The position numbers were made by a program, and so were the translations under genes. A DNA stretch of 64,000 bases from the human T2T-CHM13v2.0 reference genome, Homo sapiens. Location: the NCBI RefSeq assembly GCF_009914755.1, contig NC_060937.1; one strand, written 5' to 3'. The notes beneath the pieces are model-generated. The model was not told the DNA's origin. It searched no databases and worked only from the letters and a program-made list of their open reading frames with translations. This document shows positions 33,679 through 45,715 of the stretch, piece after piece. Position 1 is the first letter of the stretch; the number at the start of each line of letters is the position of its first letter.

Positions 33679-33734
33679 AAATAACCTGTGCCTGAGTCCC
33701 TCTCCTAGAGATGCTGACTGAACGCATCTTGGCC

Positions 33735-33892
33735 AGTGGTTCTCAGACTTGGGCACTAGGATTTTCCAAAGGTCCCTCGCAAGGCTGGTAAAACAGTGCA
33801 GGCCCCACCCTAGTGGGGCAGACTCAGCAGGTCTGGGCAGGGTCTGGAGTCGCTGCTGCTGCTGGTCCCCAGACCACAGTCTGAGAACCACG
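33735..33892. mobile_element. MER5A-like MITE
   Basis: Termini cagtggttctcagactt ... agtctgagaaccacgg. Confidence 0.6.
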
Positions 33893-34213
33893 GCTCCTGG
33901 GTTGAGGGAGTGGCCTGGGTGTTCACACCTAACCCCAGTAACAAGAAAAGATGCACTGATATCCCCAGTGACGTGAGGTGGTCTAGCACCCCTTACAAAT
34001 ATCAGTGGCCACAATCTGTTTCCATTTTAAATGAGTTCTTTAGTGTTAAGTAATTGACACACATGTTGCTCCATGGAAACCCCACAAATATTCCACGTGA
34101 CAAATACAATAGTCCCTTGTGCAGATATTACAGTTTCCTTTTACAGATGAGGAAAGTGAGGTGTGGGTGTGTGTGGGTGCGGATCCTTGGCAAGGTGCCT
34201 CCTCCCATCGCCC

Positions 34214-34580
34214 TGGGTTAGTCTGTTTTCCTTGATATAAAGAAATGTCTGAGGCTGGGTAATTTATAAGGAAGAGTTTAACTGGCTCAGGTTCTGCAGG
34301 CTGTACAAGCATGGCACCTGCATCTGCTTGGCTTCCAGGGAGGTCTCAGGGAACTTTGACTCCTGGTGGAAGGTGAAGCGGGAGCAGGTGATCACACGGC
34401 GAGAGTGGGAACAAGAGAGAGAGGAAGGAGGTGCCAGGCTCTTTAAACAACCAGATCTCACCTATCTGAGTAAGAAGTCACTCATCACCATGGACAGGGC
34501 ACCAAACCGTTGATGAGAGATCTGCCCCGTGACCCAACCTTGGGGATCACATTTCAATGCAAATAGCCAAACCATATTCA
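34214..34580 (-). mobile_element. MST (MSTB-like) MaLR LTR
   Basis: ttagtctgttttc...gaggctgggtaatttataag...ggttctgcaggctgtacaagcatggcacc...ccaaaccatattca. Confidence 0.85.
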
Positions 34581-35487
34581 GAACTGAGACCTCTCTCTCT
34601 GTAAATCCAACCCATCGTGGGCATTCCTAAAAAGAACACCCGCCTCCATCCATGGCCAGTACAGCAAGCAGACGGGCATCTCGGCTGTGCTTTCTCTTCC
34701 CACCCAGTTCTACCTCTTCTTGCCAGACTTCGCGATCTCGGGCCTCTTTCCTGCTCCTGTTTCGTTCTCAAATGCCCTCTGGTATGACTGTCTCCTTCCG
34801 GCTTCCTCATGCTCATAACTGCGGGGCCCCACGCAGCTTTGGAGCTGAGCAGCCCAGCGTGCAGGCCGGGTCAGGTGTGAGAAACGCTTGAGAGGTGGCC
34901 CAGGAGGATCTGTAATGTCCGGAGGCAGCCAGACCTCGGTGTCCCTGCTGGAGGCCCCTCTGCAGCCCCTGGGCCCCCCTCCTCATCACACCACTGGCTG
35001 GCCAGCCCCTCTCGTACCTTCATGCCCTGTGAGAAGTGCTCGGTTAGTGCAAATGCATCAGGGGTGTGAGCTTTGCTTTTAATCCCGGCCAGGTGTGGAA
35101 GCAAACTACTGGGCACCTACAGGATTTGCTCAGAGCAGCCACCAGCGGATGCAGAGGGGACCTTTCAGCTGAGGTTCTTCACTCCTGAATTCACAGGGCC
35201 CCAAGAGCAGAGTTCCAAGTTCTTTGAGACTTTGAGCCTCTCTGCCTCCAAGCTGGAAGCAGACATGGAGAAGAAGTGTGCCCAGGACCTCAACATGAGC
35301 TCCTGAGGGTTTTTCGTAGGATTTGACAAATCAGACTTCATAAGAGAAATGATCCTCATCCATTCAAACTAGTGGGGGCATCTGGAGCGCTAGCTCCCTG
35401 CCTGGGGTAGTGCCAGCTGTCCGGGGCATCAAGCAAGGGTGCCAGAGCAGACATTTCCTTCAGGACCTTGCAGTCCAGTTGCCAGGA

Positions 35488-36312
35488 TGTAAGTGGAAAA
35501 AAAGTGCTTTTTTATACACCAACAACCAGTTCTCTGTGGACACCAACTGGATGTCCCACAATTTAATTCGATCCTGACACTAGCTACTCAGAGTTAGTGC
35601 AGGCCCCCCCAGGGTTAGGGCCCCATCCCACAAGACTGCCCCCCACTTCAGATGCCAGTCTCAAGTAGTGGGCCCTCAGGTTACCACGCTTCTGTCCAAG
35701 TTGGCTACAAATCGAGGGTTCCCCTCCTCAGGTTGGATAATTTGCTATGACAGCTCACAGCACTCAAGGGACACTTTACTTACTATTAATTACCAGCTTA
35801 TTCGAAAGGATATAATACATAAAGGATATAGACAAGCATCCCGATGAAGAGGTGCCTAGGTTGGGAAAGGGCCTGATTTCAGGGGCTTCTGTTCCCACGG
35901 AGTTTGACATGTACCATCCTCCAGGCATGTGGAGTTCACCACCAGAAGCTTCTAGAACTGCATCACTTCGGGGTTTTATGGAGGGTCCATTACAGAGATG
36001 TGATTGATTAAATCATTGGTGATTGGACTCAATCTTTGGCCTGTCTCCTTTCCCCAGGAGCTAGGGGATGGGGCTGAAAGTTCCAACCCTCTAACCATAT
36101 GGTGGTTCCTCCAGCAACCAACCTTATCTTCTGGGTCCAGGCAAGAGTTGCCTCATTGGCATAAACTCAAGTGTGATGGAAAAGGGCTCATGATGAAGAA
36201 CGAAAGATGCCCTCTCACCCCTGTCTCTTGGAAAATTCCAAGGTTTTAGGAGCTCTATGCCAGGAACTAGGGGAAAGACCAAATACGTATTTCTTATTTT
36301 ATCACAACGTCA
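35488..36312. mobile_element. MER21-like solo LTR
   Basis: gacaccaactggatgtcccacaatttaattc...cacaagactgccccccacttcagatgccagtc...agaccaaatacgtatttcttattttatcaca. Confidence 0.75.
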
Positions 36313-36582
36313 CAGGATGAGACATTCCCCACTCAAGAAAGTGTATGTGAAGTTCTGCCTTGAAGAGAGTCAAATGTCCAAAACGTAGCCGGAAATTGGA
36401 AGATGCAAGAAGCATCAGGAGAGAAGAGGGTCTCTGGGGGACAGCGACTGGGGAGGGCTTGAGGCAGGACTCCACGCTTATTCCTGTCTGAACCGCCGGA
36501 GTGTGGGGGGACGGTGGGGGCAGAGGGAAAGGCCAGGGACTGTCGTCAGGAACATGCGCTTGGCAGGAAAGCACACATTCTA

Positions 36583-36632
36583 TTAGGTTGGTGCACAAGT
36601 CACGGCAGAACAGCAGTTTTGCACCAACCTAA
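36583..36632. mobile_element. MADE1 (Hsmar1-derived MITE), internally shortened
   Basis: TA|ttaggttggtgca ... tgcaccaacctaa terminal inverted repeats. Confidence 0.85.
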
Positions 36633-36690
36633 TGCTTTACGAAACACAAAATCACCCACGTCAAAATGCTCCATAAATGGCATCAGACTT

Positions 36691-37117
<427 letters not shown>

Positions 37118-37602
37118 CTAAACAAATGAAAAAAAAAGGGCCTGCTTTTCTGACTGTTTCCTTTCCCCCTGTTCTTCCCAGTGACACGTGCATCCGTGAA
37201 TGCTTTCACATTGCACAAGATCCAAACCACCACACAAAAGCACACGAAGTCCCTTCCCCACTTGGCACAGTCCCTCCCGACCCTCTGCAGAGGCATCAGC
37301 TCAGCGCCTGGCTGTGCATCCTCCCTGTGTTTTCCAAGTTTTTCAGAAAAACCTTGACATTTTAGTAAATGTTAAGGCTAAGAATTGGGAAGTTTCTCTG
37401 TAAGAGAAGGGGAAGTGTTCTTGCTCTTTACAGCATTTCACCCCCCAAACGGGAAGCATCCTCTAAATTGCTGATCTAGTGCTCAGCCACTTCTTTCAGG
37501 CTCTTCTGCATTTACCATGAAAATAGACTTTTCCTGGAAAAAAACACCCCACACCCCTTTAGGGGCGAAGGAACTCCACTACCATTTACTAAGAGATATT
37601 AG

Positions 37603-38086
<484 letters not shown>

Positions 38087-38195
38087 CTAGATACAGTCAT
38101 AAAGCAAATGACACGTTAGACCACGTGCTCCGCTAAGAACATAGAACCTCTGGCCTGGGTGATACTTGGTGTTTCTGAAGAAGCTTTTCCTGGGG

Positions 38196-38223
38196 TGGAG
38201 GAGGAGGAGGAGGAGGAGGAGGA
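38196..38223. repeat. (GGA)n microsatellite encoding the poly-Ser tail of the GPCR pseudogene
   Basis: ggaggaggagg... read as TCC codons on the minus strand. Confidence 0.9.
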
Positions 38224-38470
38224 AGACCCTTTGAGCTTTAAAATGCCCAGGAGCCATTTCCTGTAATGGGTGGATGCAAAGAAGTAAATGATGGGGTAAT
38301 GCCACAGTTCATGTTCATGAGGGCCACGGTGGCCTGAAGGGACAGTAAGAAAGCCCTCCGCTCGGCACAGGATGGCAGGTGGAGCATCCCTCTCGCCATG
38401 AACTGCTTGATGTTGAGGTGGTAGGGGCTGAAGCAGACCACCACGGCCACCAGCATCAGCAGCGTAAGCA

Positions 38471-38720
38471 GGCAGCCTCGCCAGTGGCGTCCTTTCCTGC
38501 TGGTCACTGGGTCCTCCCGGGCTGTCCCGCCGGTGGCATCCTTTCCCGCTGGTCACTGGGTCCTCTCGGGCTGTCCTGCTGGTGGTGTCCTTTCCCGCTG
38601 GTCACTGGGTCCTCCTGGGCTGCCCCGCCGGTGGCGTCCTTTCCTGCTGGTCACTGGGTCCTCCCGGGCTGCCCCGCCGGTGGTGTCCTTTCCCGCTGGT
38701 CACTGGGTTCTCCCAGCTGT
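38471..38720. repeat. 49-bp minisatellite (~5 copies) inside the GPCR pseudogene
   Basis: Unit gtgg(c/t)gtcctttcc(c/t)gctggtcactgggtcctcccgggctgccccgccg recurs at 38484, 38533, 38582, 38631 and 38680. Confidence 0.95.
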
Positions 38721-39396
38721 GCTGCACAGCTTCCAGGTGATCTTCATATAGCAGGACAGGATGATCCCCACTGGCCCACAGAAGCCAATGGCAAAGGCCA
38801 CCAGGACCATGAGGGGCAGCCCGAGGACTGACTCCATGCTGCTGTACTCCATGCAGGCCAGCTTGCCCACCAGCGGCTTGGTCATGGGCATCAAGAGCAA
38901 GGGCATCGTCTGCAGCAGCACCAAGGTCCAGATGGCCACGCAGACCAGCCTGGCGCGGCCAGCCGTGCGGAGGCACGGGCCCCAGTGGGCACAGACCACA
39001 GCTGGGTAATGGTCCACGCTCACACAGGCCATGAGGTAGACCCCCCGTAGGTGTCGGTGTAGAGCACAAACGCCGTCAGCCTGCAGAGCCCCTTGCCGAA
39101 AGGCCAGCTGGAGCCCAGCACATAACACACCACCCTTCCCGGTAAGGCCACGGTGAACAGCAGGTCAGACACAGCCAGGTGCACCAGGTAGATGCCTGTG
39201 CAGTTGATCTTCCTGCTCTTTTGACAGGTAAGGCAAAGGGCAAGGATGTTTCCCAGGGCACTGAAGACCAGGAGGGCTGTGTAGAACAGAGAGCGTCATG
39301 CGGGCCACTGGGGCCAGGAGGTGAGGACGGCAAGAGCTGGCATTGCCAGGAAGGCTACTCACGCCAGCAGTGCCGGAAGCCATCTCACGTGGCTGC

Positions 39397-39425
39397 CTGG
39401 GGAGGAAAAAAGAAAAAAAAAAACA
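39397..39425 (-). promoter_or_regulatory. Splice acceptor 13 nt upstream of the GPCR pseudogene ATG
   Basis: Minus strand reads ttttttttttcttttttcctccccag|gcagccacgtgagATG. Confidence 0.6.
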
Positions 39426-39936
39426 CTGTATCTGTGGGGTTATGCCTCTGGAATTGTAATAATGAATAGTTTTGCTGAGGCAACATGCACAAGTATAATA
39501 AAACATGTCTTTTTCAGTAAGCTTTTTGTTGAAGTGCAACATACTGTTCTGGTTACTATGGCTGTGTAACAAATTACCCCAAAACGGCAACTGGAAACAT
39601 AGTTTTATCATGTTTGTGGATTCTGTGGGTCAGGATATTGAAGAGGGCACAGTGGGAATGGTTTTTCTCTGCTCCCTAATCTTGGAGGTCTCTGCTGAAA
39701 AGGATCAACAGCTGGGGGTTACTCTGGGGCACGGGTTGGGGCCTCCTGGAAGCGACTTTGCTCCCGTGTGTGGCTGTTGAAGCTGACTGCTGGCTGGAAC
39801 CTCGGCTGGGGCTGTCCACGGGAGCATCTGCCTATGGCTTCTCCCAGCATGCCAGCCTCAGGGTAATCAGACTTCTGATACGACAGCTCGAGGCACTGAA
39901 AGAGAGTGTCCCAGCAAACAGGACAGAAGCTGCATG

Positions 39937-40701
39937 TGTTAACCACGTCTTTTATTTTCTGTATTCTGATGCTTTAACATTTGGGGACCTTGCTGACTGT
40001 GGAGGGACTGCCCCTTCCCGGGTTAGCCAATTCCTAGAGACAGTAAACAACTCACCCATGAACACGCTCTTCAGTTCTTCAAATGCAAACCTACCAATCC
40101 AGAGTCCTTAGCTTCCACGGGCTCCATTTACAGCTCTCACACACCAGGACACTATCCACCTGCCCTAAACACCCCAGGGCCAGGTACCACACAAATGGGG
40201 ACAGTCCTCATGTCTCAGGGCTTGCTGAAATGATTCAAACCACCCAATCTTAAGCCTGTGTACCCTAAAACCACTCTTGCCCACATTTTCCCCTGCTCCC
40301 TTCACCTCCTGACCAACCCTATGTCTCCCCGGTGGCCCTGCGTGATGGGGCGTGCCCTCCTCTTGGGATCTGTGAGTAGCAAACTGTCCTTCAATGGCAG
40401 TTATCTGCTGACCTGTTGGCCTTCTTGAACCTCGGCTTTTCTTTTTCTTTTTTTGAGACAAAGTCTTGCTCTGTCGCCCAGGCTGGAGTGCAGTGGAGTG
40501 ATCCTGGCTCACTGTAACCTCCACCTCCTCGGTTCAAGCAATTCTCATGCCTCAGCCTCCTAAGTAGTAGAGATGGGGTTTCACCATGACTCCTGACCTC
40601 AAGTGATTCGCCTGCCTCGGCCTCCCAAAGTCCTGGGATTATAGGCGTGAGCCACAGTACCGGACCCCAGATTTTCTATTAATACACTCTATTCTAAAAC
40701 A
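39937..40701 (+). mobile_element. ERVL-class LTR (MER74-like) nested in MLT1
   Basis: tgttaaccacgtcttttattttctgtattctgatgc...ccttgctgactgtggagggactgcccc...agccaattcctagagacag. Confidence 0.6.
40436..40666 (-). mobile_element. Internally deleted Alu
   Basis: cagcctcctaagtag joins directly to tagagatggggtttcacc, so the middle A-rich region is absent. Confidence 0.85.
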
Positions 40702-40855
40702 CTGCCTCACCTTTTCTAACCTAGTCCTGAAGTGTCATATCATCACTTCCAGTGCCTTCTATCACTTACAAGCAAGTCACAAGCTCATCTAGAATCAAGA
40801 TAGTACAGGGGCATGGGGGGAGAATAGCCTCCACTTCTCCATGGGAGAAAAGTAG

Positions 40856-41181
<326 letters not shown>

Positions 41182-41205
41182 TACAGCCATTTTTTAAACC
41201 ATAAC

Positions 41206-42620
41206 ACATACATAGAAAAATGGGTGCAGATCATAAAAGCACAGCTTGTCGATTTTCACAAAGTGAACTCACCCATGTGATCGGCACCCAGATTAGGAAG
41301 CACAACCTCACAGCCTCCCAGAAACTCTCCTCTGCCCTCCCAACCTCCACCTTCACTCAAGCGTGGCCCCTCTCCTAACTTCTAAAATCACAACTCAGTT
41401 TTGCATGCTTTTGACCCTTAAATAAATGAAACCATGCTATACGATGTGTGTCGCTTCTTGGGTTCAATGTTAGTTTGTGAGCATCACCTGCATTGTTGGG
41501 TGTAGTTGTAGTTTGCTCATTCTCATTGCTGAATGGTATTCCATTGTATTTGCATTTGAAGAACTGAATAGCGTGTTCATGGGTGAGTTGTTTACTGTCT
41601 CTAGGAATTGGCTAACCCGGGAAGGGGCAGTCCCTCCACAGTCAGCAAGGTCCCCAAATGTTAAAGCATCAGAATACAGAAAATAAAAGACGTGGTTAAC
41701 ACATGCAGCTTCTGTCCTGTTTGCTGGGACACTCTTTTTCAGCGCCTCAAGCTGTCGTATCAGAAGTCTGATTACCCTGAGGCTGGCATGCTGGGAGAAG
41801 CCATAGGCAGATGCTCCCGTGGACAGCCCCAGCCGAGGTTCCAGCCAGCAGTCAGCTTCAACAGCCACACACGGGAGCAAAGTCACTTCCAGGAGGCCCC
41901 AACCCGTGCCTCAGAGTTACCCCCAGCTGTTGATCCTTCTCAGCGGAGACTTCCAAGGTCAGGGAGCAGAGAAAAATCATTCCCACTGTGCCCTCTTCAA
42001 TATCCTGACCCACAGAATCCACAAACATGATAAAACTATGTTTCCAGTTGCCGTTTTGGGGTAATTTGTTACACAGCCACAGTAACTAGAACAGTATGTT
42101 GGACTTCAACAAAAAGCTTACTGACAAAGACATGTTTTACACAGCCATGGTAACTAGAAGAGCACAGAGCACCACCATTTATTTATCCGTTCTACTGTTG
42201 CTGCGTGGTGCAGTTGCTGCCAGTTGGGATAATTACACACAATCCTGCTCTTTATGTACTTTATGTGTTTGGTGAAACTTGTCTACATGTTGCTGAGCAT
42301 ACAGCTGGGAGTGGAACTGCTGGGTCACAGGCTCTGCATGTTTCTACTTTTAGTAGGTCCTGGCAAACAGTTGGTCAAAGTAGCTGTTCTTAATCGTTCC
42401 AGCAGTGTGGGGGCACTCCCGTGGCTCCTCTTCCTCACCACCACTTGGTGTTGTCAGTCTTTTTCAGGTTAGCTGTTTTGGTGGGTTGTGGTTTTAACAG
42501 CAGTTCCCTGATCACTACTGATGCTGGTCACCTTTTCACATGTTTATTGGCCATGTGGTAATCTTTCTGTATGCCTGTACAAATTGTATGCCCCTTTTTC
42601 TATTGGGTTGTTTGTTGAAA
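41206..42620 (-). mobile_element. Old L1M 3' fragment, interrupted at 41549-~42170 by the inverted duplicate
   Basis: ...cattgctgaatggtattccattgtat | caccatttatttatccgttctactgttg... are contiguous parts of the antisense L1M pattern. Confidence 0.7.
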
Positions 42621-43195
42621 ACGTGTACATATTTTCCTATTTCAAATGCACTTTTCCCAGTCTGCTAAGTAACCTAGCCTTGCCTTCTTTTTACCCACCT
42701 CCATTTCTCTCAGCTGCATTCTGATCATCCTTTAAGCCTTAATTTCCAAACTGTGACAAAAAGAAGAGTGGGAGTGGGTCTATGCAGTGCTCTGTGCACA
42801 GCAGGTTGGGGTCACGTGATGGTCTACGTGGTGCACACATAGGCACCAAAGTGTACAGAGGGTGTACAGCTCGCCCAAGGACCACTGTAGCTCATGCAGC
42901 CAGCACTGAGATCCAGGTTCTGAATGGCTTACTTCTGCAGTCAGATGCTGACTTGAAGGGCACCAGGTCCATGATCCCCTAAACCTCCCTCGATTCAGGA
43001 CATAGCTGTCCCCTCCTGAACAATTTGAGGCTGGCTGGTGGGGATCTTGCTGTAGATTGTGCCTCATGTCAACCCAGGTATAGACATCTCTGTCTCATCT
43101 CTGCAAATAGAGAAGGAGCTTCTGTTCAAATGGAAAGGAAGGGAAGCAAGGCTGAAAGGCAGAGAGAGGAGCACCAGAAAGCCCTTTGAACCTCA

Positions 43196-43660
43196 GGATG
43201 GGTGGATGGATGGATGCATAGATGGATGAATAGATAGAGACAGAGATGCTAGATTAGATAGGCAGGTGGACAGATATGACAGATTACTTAGATATAGAGA
43301 TGATAGGGATGCTAGAGATGCCAGGTGGCTGATAGATAGATGGATATAGAGATAATAGATGAATAGAGGGACAGAGGATGGATGGATAGATAGAGAGATA
43401 GATTGGATAGATAGATGATAAGTAGATAGATGATAGAGAGATATAGAGATGATAGATTACATAATGGATAGATGAATAGAGGGATAGAGGATGAATGAAT
43501 CCATAGATTAGATAGATAGATAGATGATAGATAGATAGATAGATAATGTCAGATGGATATAGAGGTGATAGATTAGATAATGGATAGACGAATAGAGAGA
43601 TAGATGGGTGGGTGGATAGATAAAGATAGGTGAAGATAGAGATGATATATCGACAGAGGT
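43196..43660. repeat. Compound (GGAT)/(GATA)n simple repeat
   Basis: Degenerate gata/ggat arrays. Confidence 0.9.
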
Positions 43661-44351
43661 AGAGCTAGTCATGCACTCTGAAAATTGAATTTATACATAT
43701 TTTTAACTTTATCAAGAATTCCCCAAGTGCTGTGCCAGCTACTGGTTGCATTTGGAAGATGCAAAAGCATGGTCTCCTACTGCCTGCGGTAGAGTGTTAG
43801 GACCTGTTTGAGAAGAGAAGACGTGCAGGGGAAACATCGCTAAAGCAAAGCTGCGGCTAGAGCTGTTGAGGTTTTGCTTTCTTCTGAGTTTGGCCCTGAT
43901 AAAATGGCAACACAGTAAGAAATATGTAAAAACCCACGCAATGATCCTTTTGCTACTTTGTTTTATATTGTTCTTTCTTTTACAGATTACACTCAAGCAA
44001 GAGTTGTTTTTCTAGCATTCTAACCCCTTAACTAAGTAAACAGACATGTCCTGGAGTTGGTGAGAGAAGCCACCTCTGCCCTGTCCCACCTTCAGTTCAT
44101 GAGCTGCTCCCAGGGAAGGAGAGTGCAGAGAACAAACCGAAGGAATGGCAAGATCTCGGAGCACTTGGCCTAGCTCAAGAGTCAAGGACAGCCCCCAGGT
44201 GGCTCCTGCCTGCCCTGGGAAAGCAGCCAGGGGAAGCGATTTCCCAGGACCAAAGCAGCCCAGCTTACAGGGGAGGGGCCGGTGAGGGACGCTGGGCACA
44301 GGCCTGCCATCTCCTCTGTCTGGGCCAGCCCCAAACCCCAAACTGCACTGC

Positions 44352-44352
<1 letters not shown>

Positions 44353-44391
<39 letters not shown>
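44353..44391. repeat. (CA)n microsatellite
   Basis: Pure CA run. Confidence 0.95.
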
Positions 44392-44392
<1 letters not shown>

Positions 44393-44394
44393 AT

Positions 44395-44778
44395 TCTTTT
44401 TGACCAAACTTTAGTAAGGCTTCCCTAAGCCTTCTTCTTTGGGCTTTCCCAACTTTGGGCGTCCATACGGAACCACCCAGCCTTGATCTCTGGTCACCTC
44501 TCTTATCTGGTCAAATTCCTCACCCCCGCCCTCGACATCAGATCACCCTGGCTTTCAGCAGGAATCGGCTTAGGTCATCTTAACAAGAACCCTCATGTTT
44601 CCTTTCAGTAATTTCCCATCCCCCAACTCTGCTCCTTGGGGATGAGCCCCATTTTCCTCGTCCTTTTGGGAATGGAGCCCCGCTCTGTCCTGAGGACTTT
44701 TCTCCAATTGCAAGAGTTCCTGAGCAAGATCTGCGTCCACCGCTCCAACTGCTGTCGGCTCCAGTTTTCTTTAATAAC
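44395..44778 (+). mobile_element. ERV1 solo LTR (MER31-like)
   Basis: ttgaccaaactttagtaaggcttc...gatcaccctggctttcagcaggaatc...cagtaatttcccatcc...tttctttaataaca. Confidence 0.55.
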
Positions 44779-45715
44779 ACCCACACCCACTCACACACGT
44801 GCACACACCCATTTACACACATACGTGCACATGCACACCCACTCACCCTACATACCCAAACACATGCACACTCACACACCCACTCTACACACATGCACAA
44901 CCACACACACATGCACACACCCTACACACCCACTCACACACATGCATACACCCTACATACCCACTCACACACATGCACACACCCTACACACCCACTCACA
45001 TGCACACATTCACCCTACACACCCACTCACACAATGCACTCACACACCCATTCACACGTGTGAAACACCAACAGATGTGCACACACACCCACTCACACAT
45101 GCACACACTTCCCCACCCATACACATATGCACACATTCACACATGTGCACACATACCCATTCACACACTTGTACTCACCATGCACACATGTGCACACACC
45201 TACTCACACTCCACTCACATGCTTGCACACCCACTCATATACTCACACGTGTATACTAACACACACCTGCACTTGCATACATAACATTTCCACTCGCTTA
45301 CACTCACACACATGCTCATGCACACACACATCCACTCATTCACACATACCCACTCACACGTGCACACACACTACACACACCCATCCTCACAGGTGTGTGC
45401 ACACACTATATATTCGCACACTCACACACACACTCCATACACACCCCACATATGCACACATGACACACACTTATTCACAAACATGCACACATATATACAC
45501 ACTATACACACACCCACTCACACCCATGCACAGGCACTCCACCCACACACACCCATTCACACACACACTCACATTCACTCACATACATGCACACTCACAC
45601 CCACTTTACACACCAACACACATTCAAACGTGCACACACTTGCACACCCACTCACGCATATTCACTCACACACACTGACGCTTCTCACACACTTGCTCAC
45701 ACACTCAAACTCACT
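44777..45715. repeat. ~940-bp degenerate CA-rich tract
   Basis: Recurring cacacccactcacacacatgca-type motifs. Confidence 0.95.

Larger units (their letters stand above)
38116..39383 (-). pseudogene. CCR12P: Class A 7TM GPCR pseudogene, GPR183/EBI2-like (probably the annotated CCR12P)
   Basis: Joining frames gives MASGTAG...ARMTL/LFYTALLVFSALGNILAL...KINCTGIYLVHLAVSDLLFTVALPGR...WPFGKGLCRLTAFVLYTDTYG/VYLMACVSVDHY...CMEY...CYMKITWKLCSTA...VVCFSPYH...SLQATVALMNMNCGI/PIIYFFAS. This has GN, LAxxD, DHY (DRY), CFxPYH and [D]PxxY motifs. Frameshifts lie near 39290, 39043, 38713 and 38297. The GPCR call is strong; the symbol is recalled from locus position. Confidence 0.9.

Noticed and set aside
36583-36632. 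Hairpin as a miR-548-type microRNA
   Set aside because: MADE1-derived but internally shortened and diverged; no expression evidence is available from sequence.
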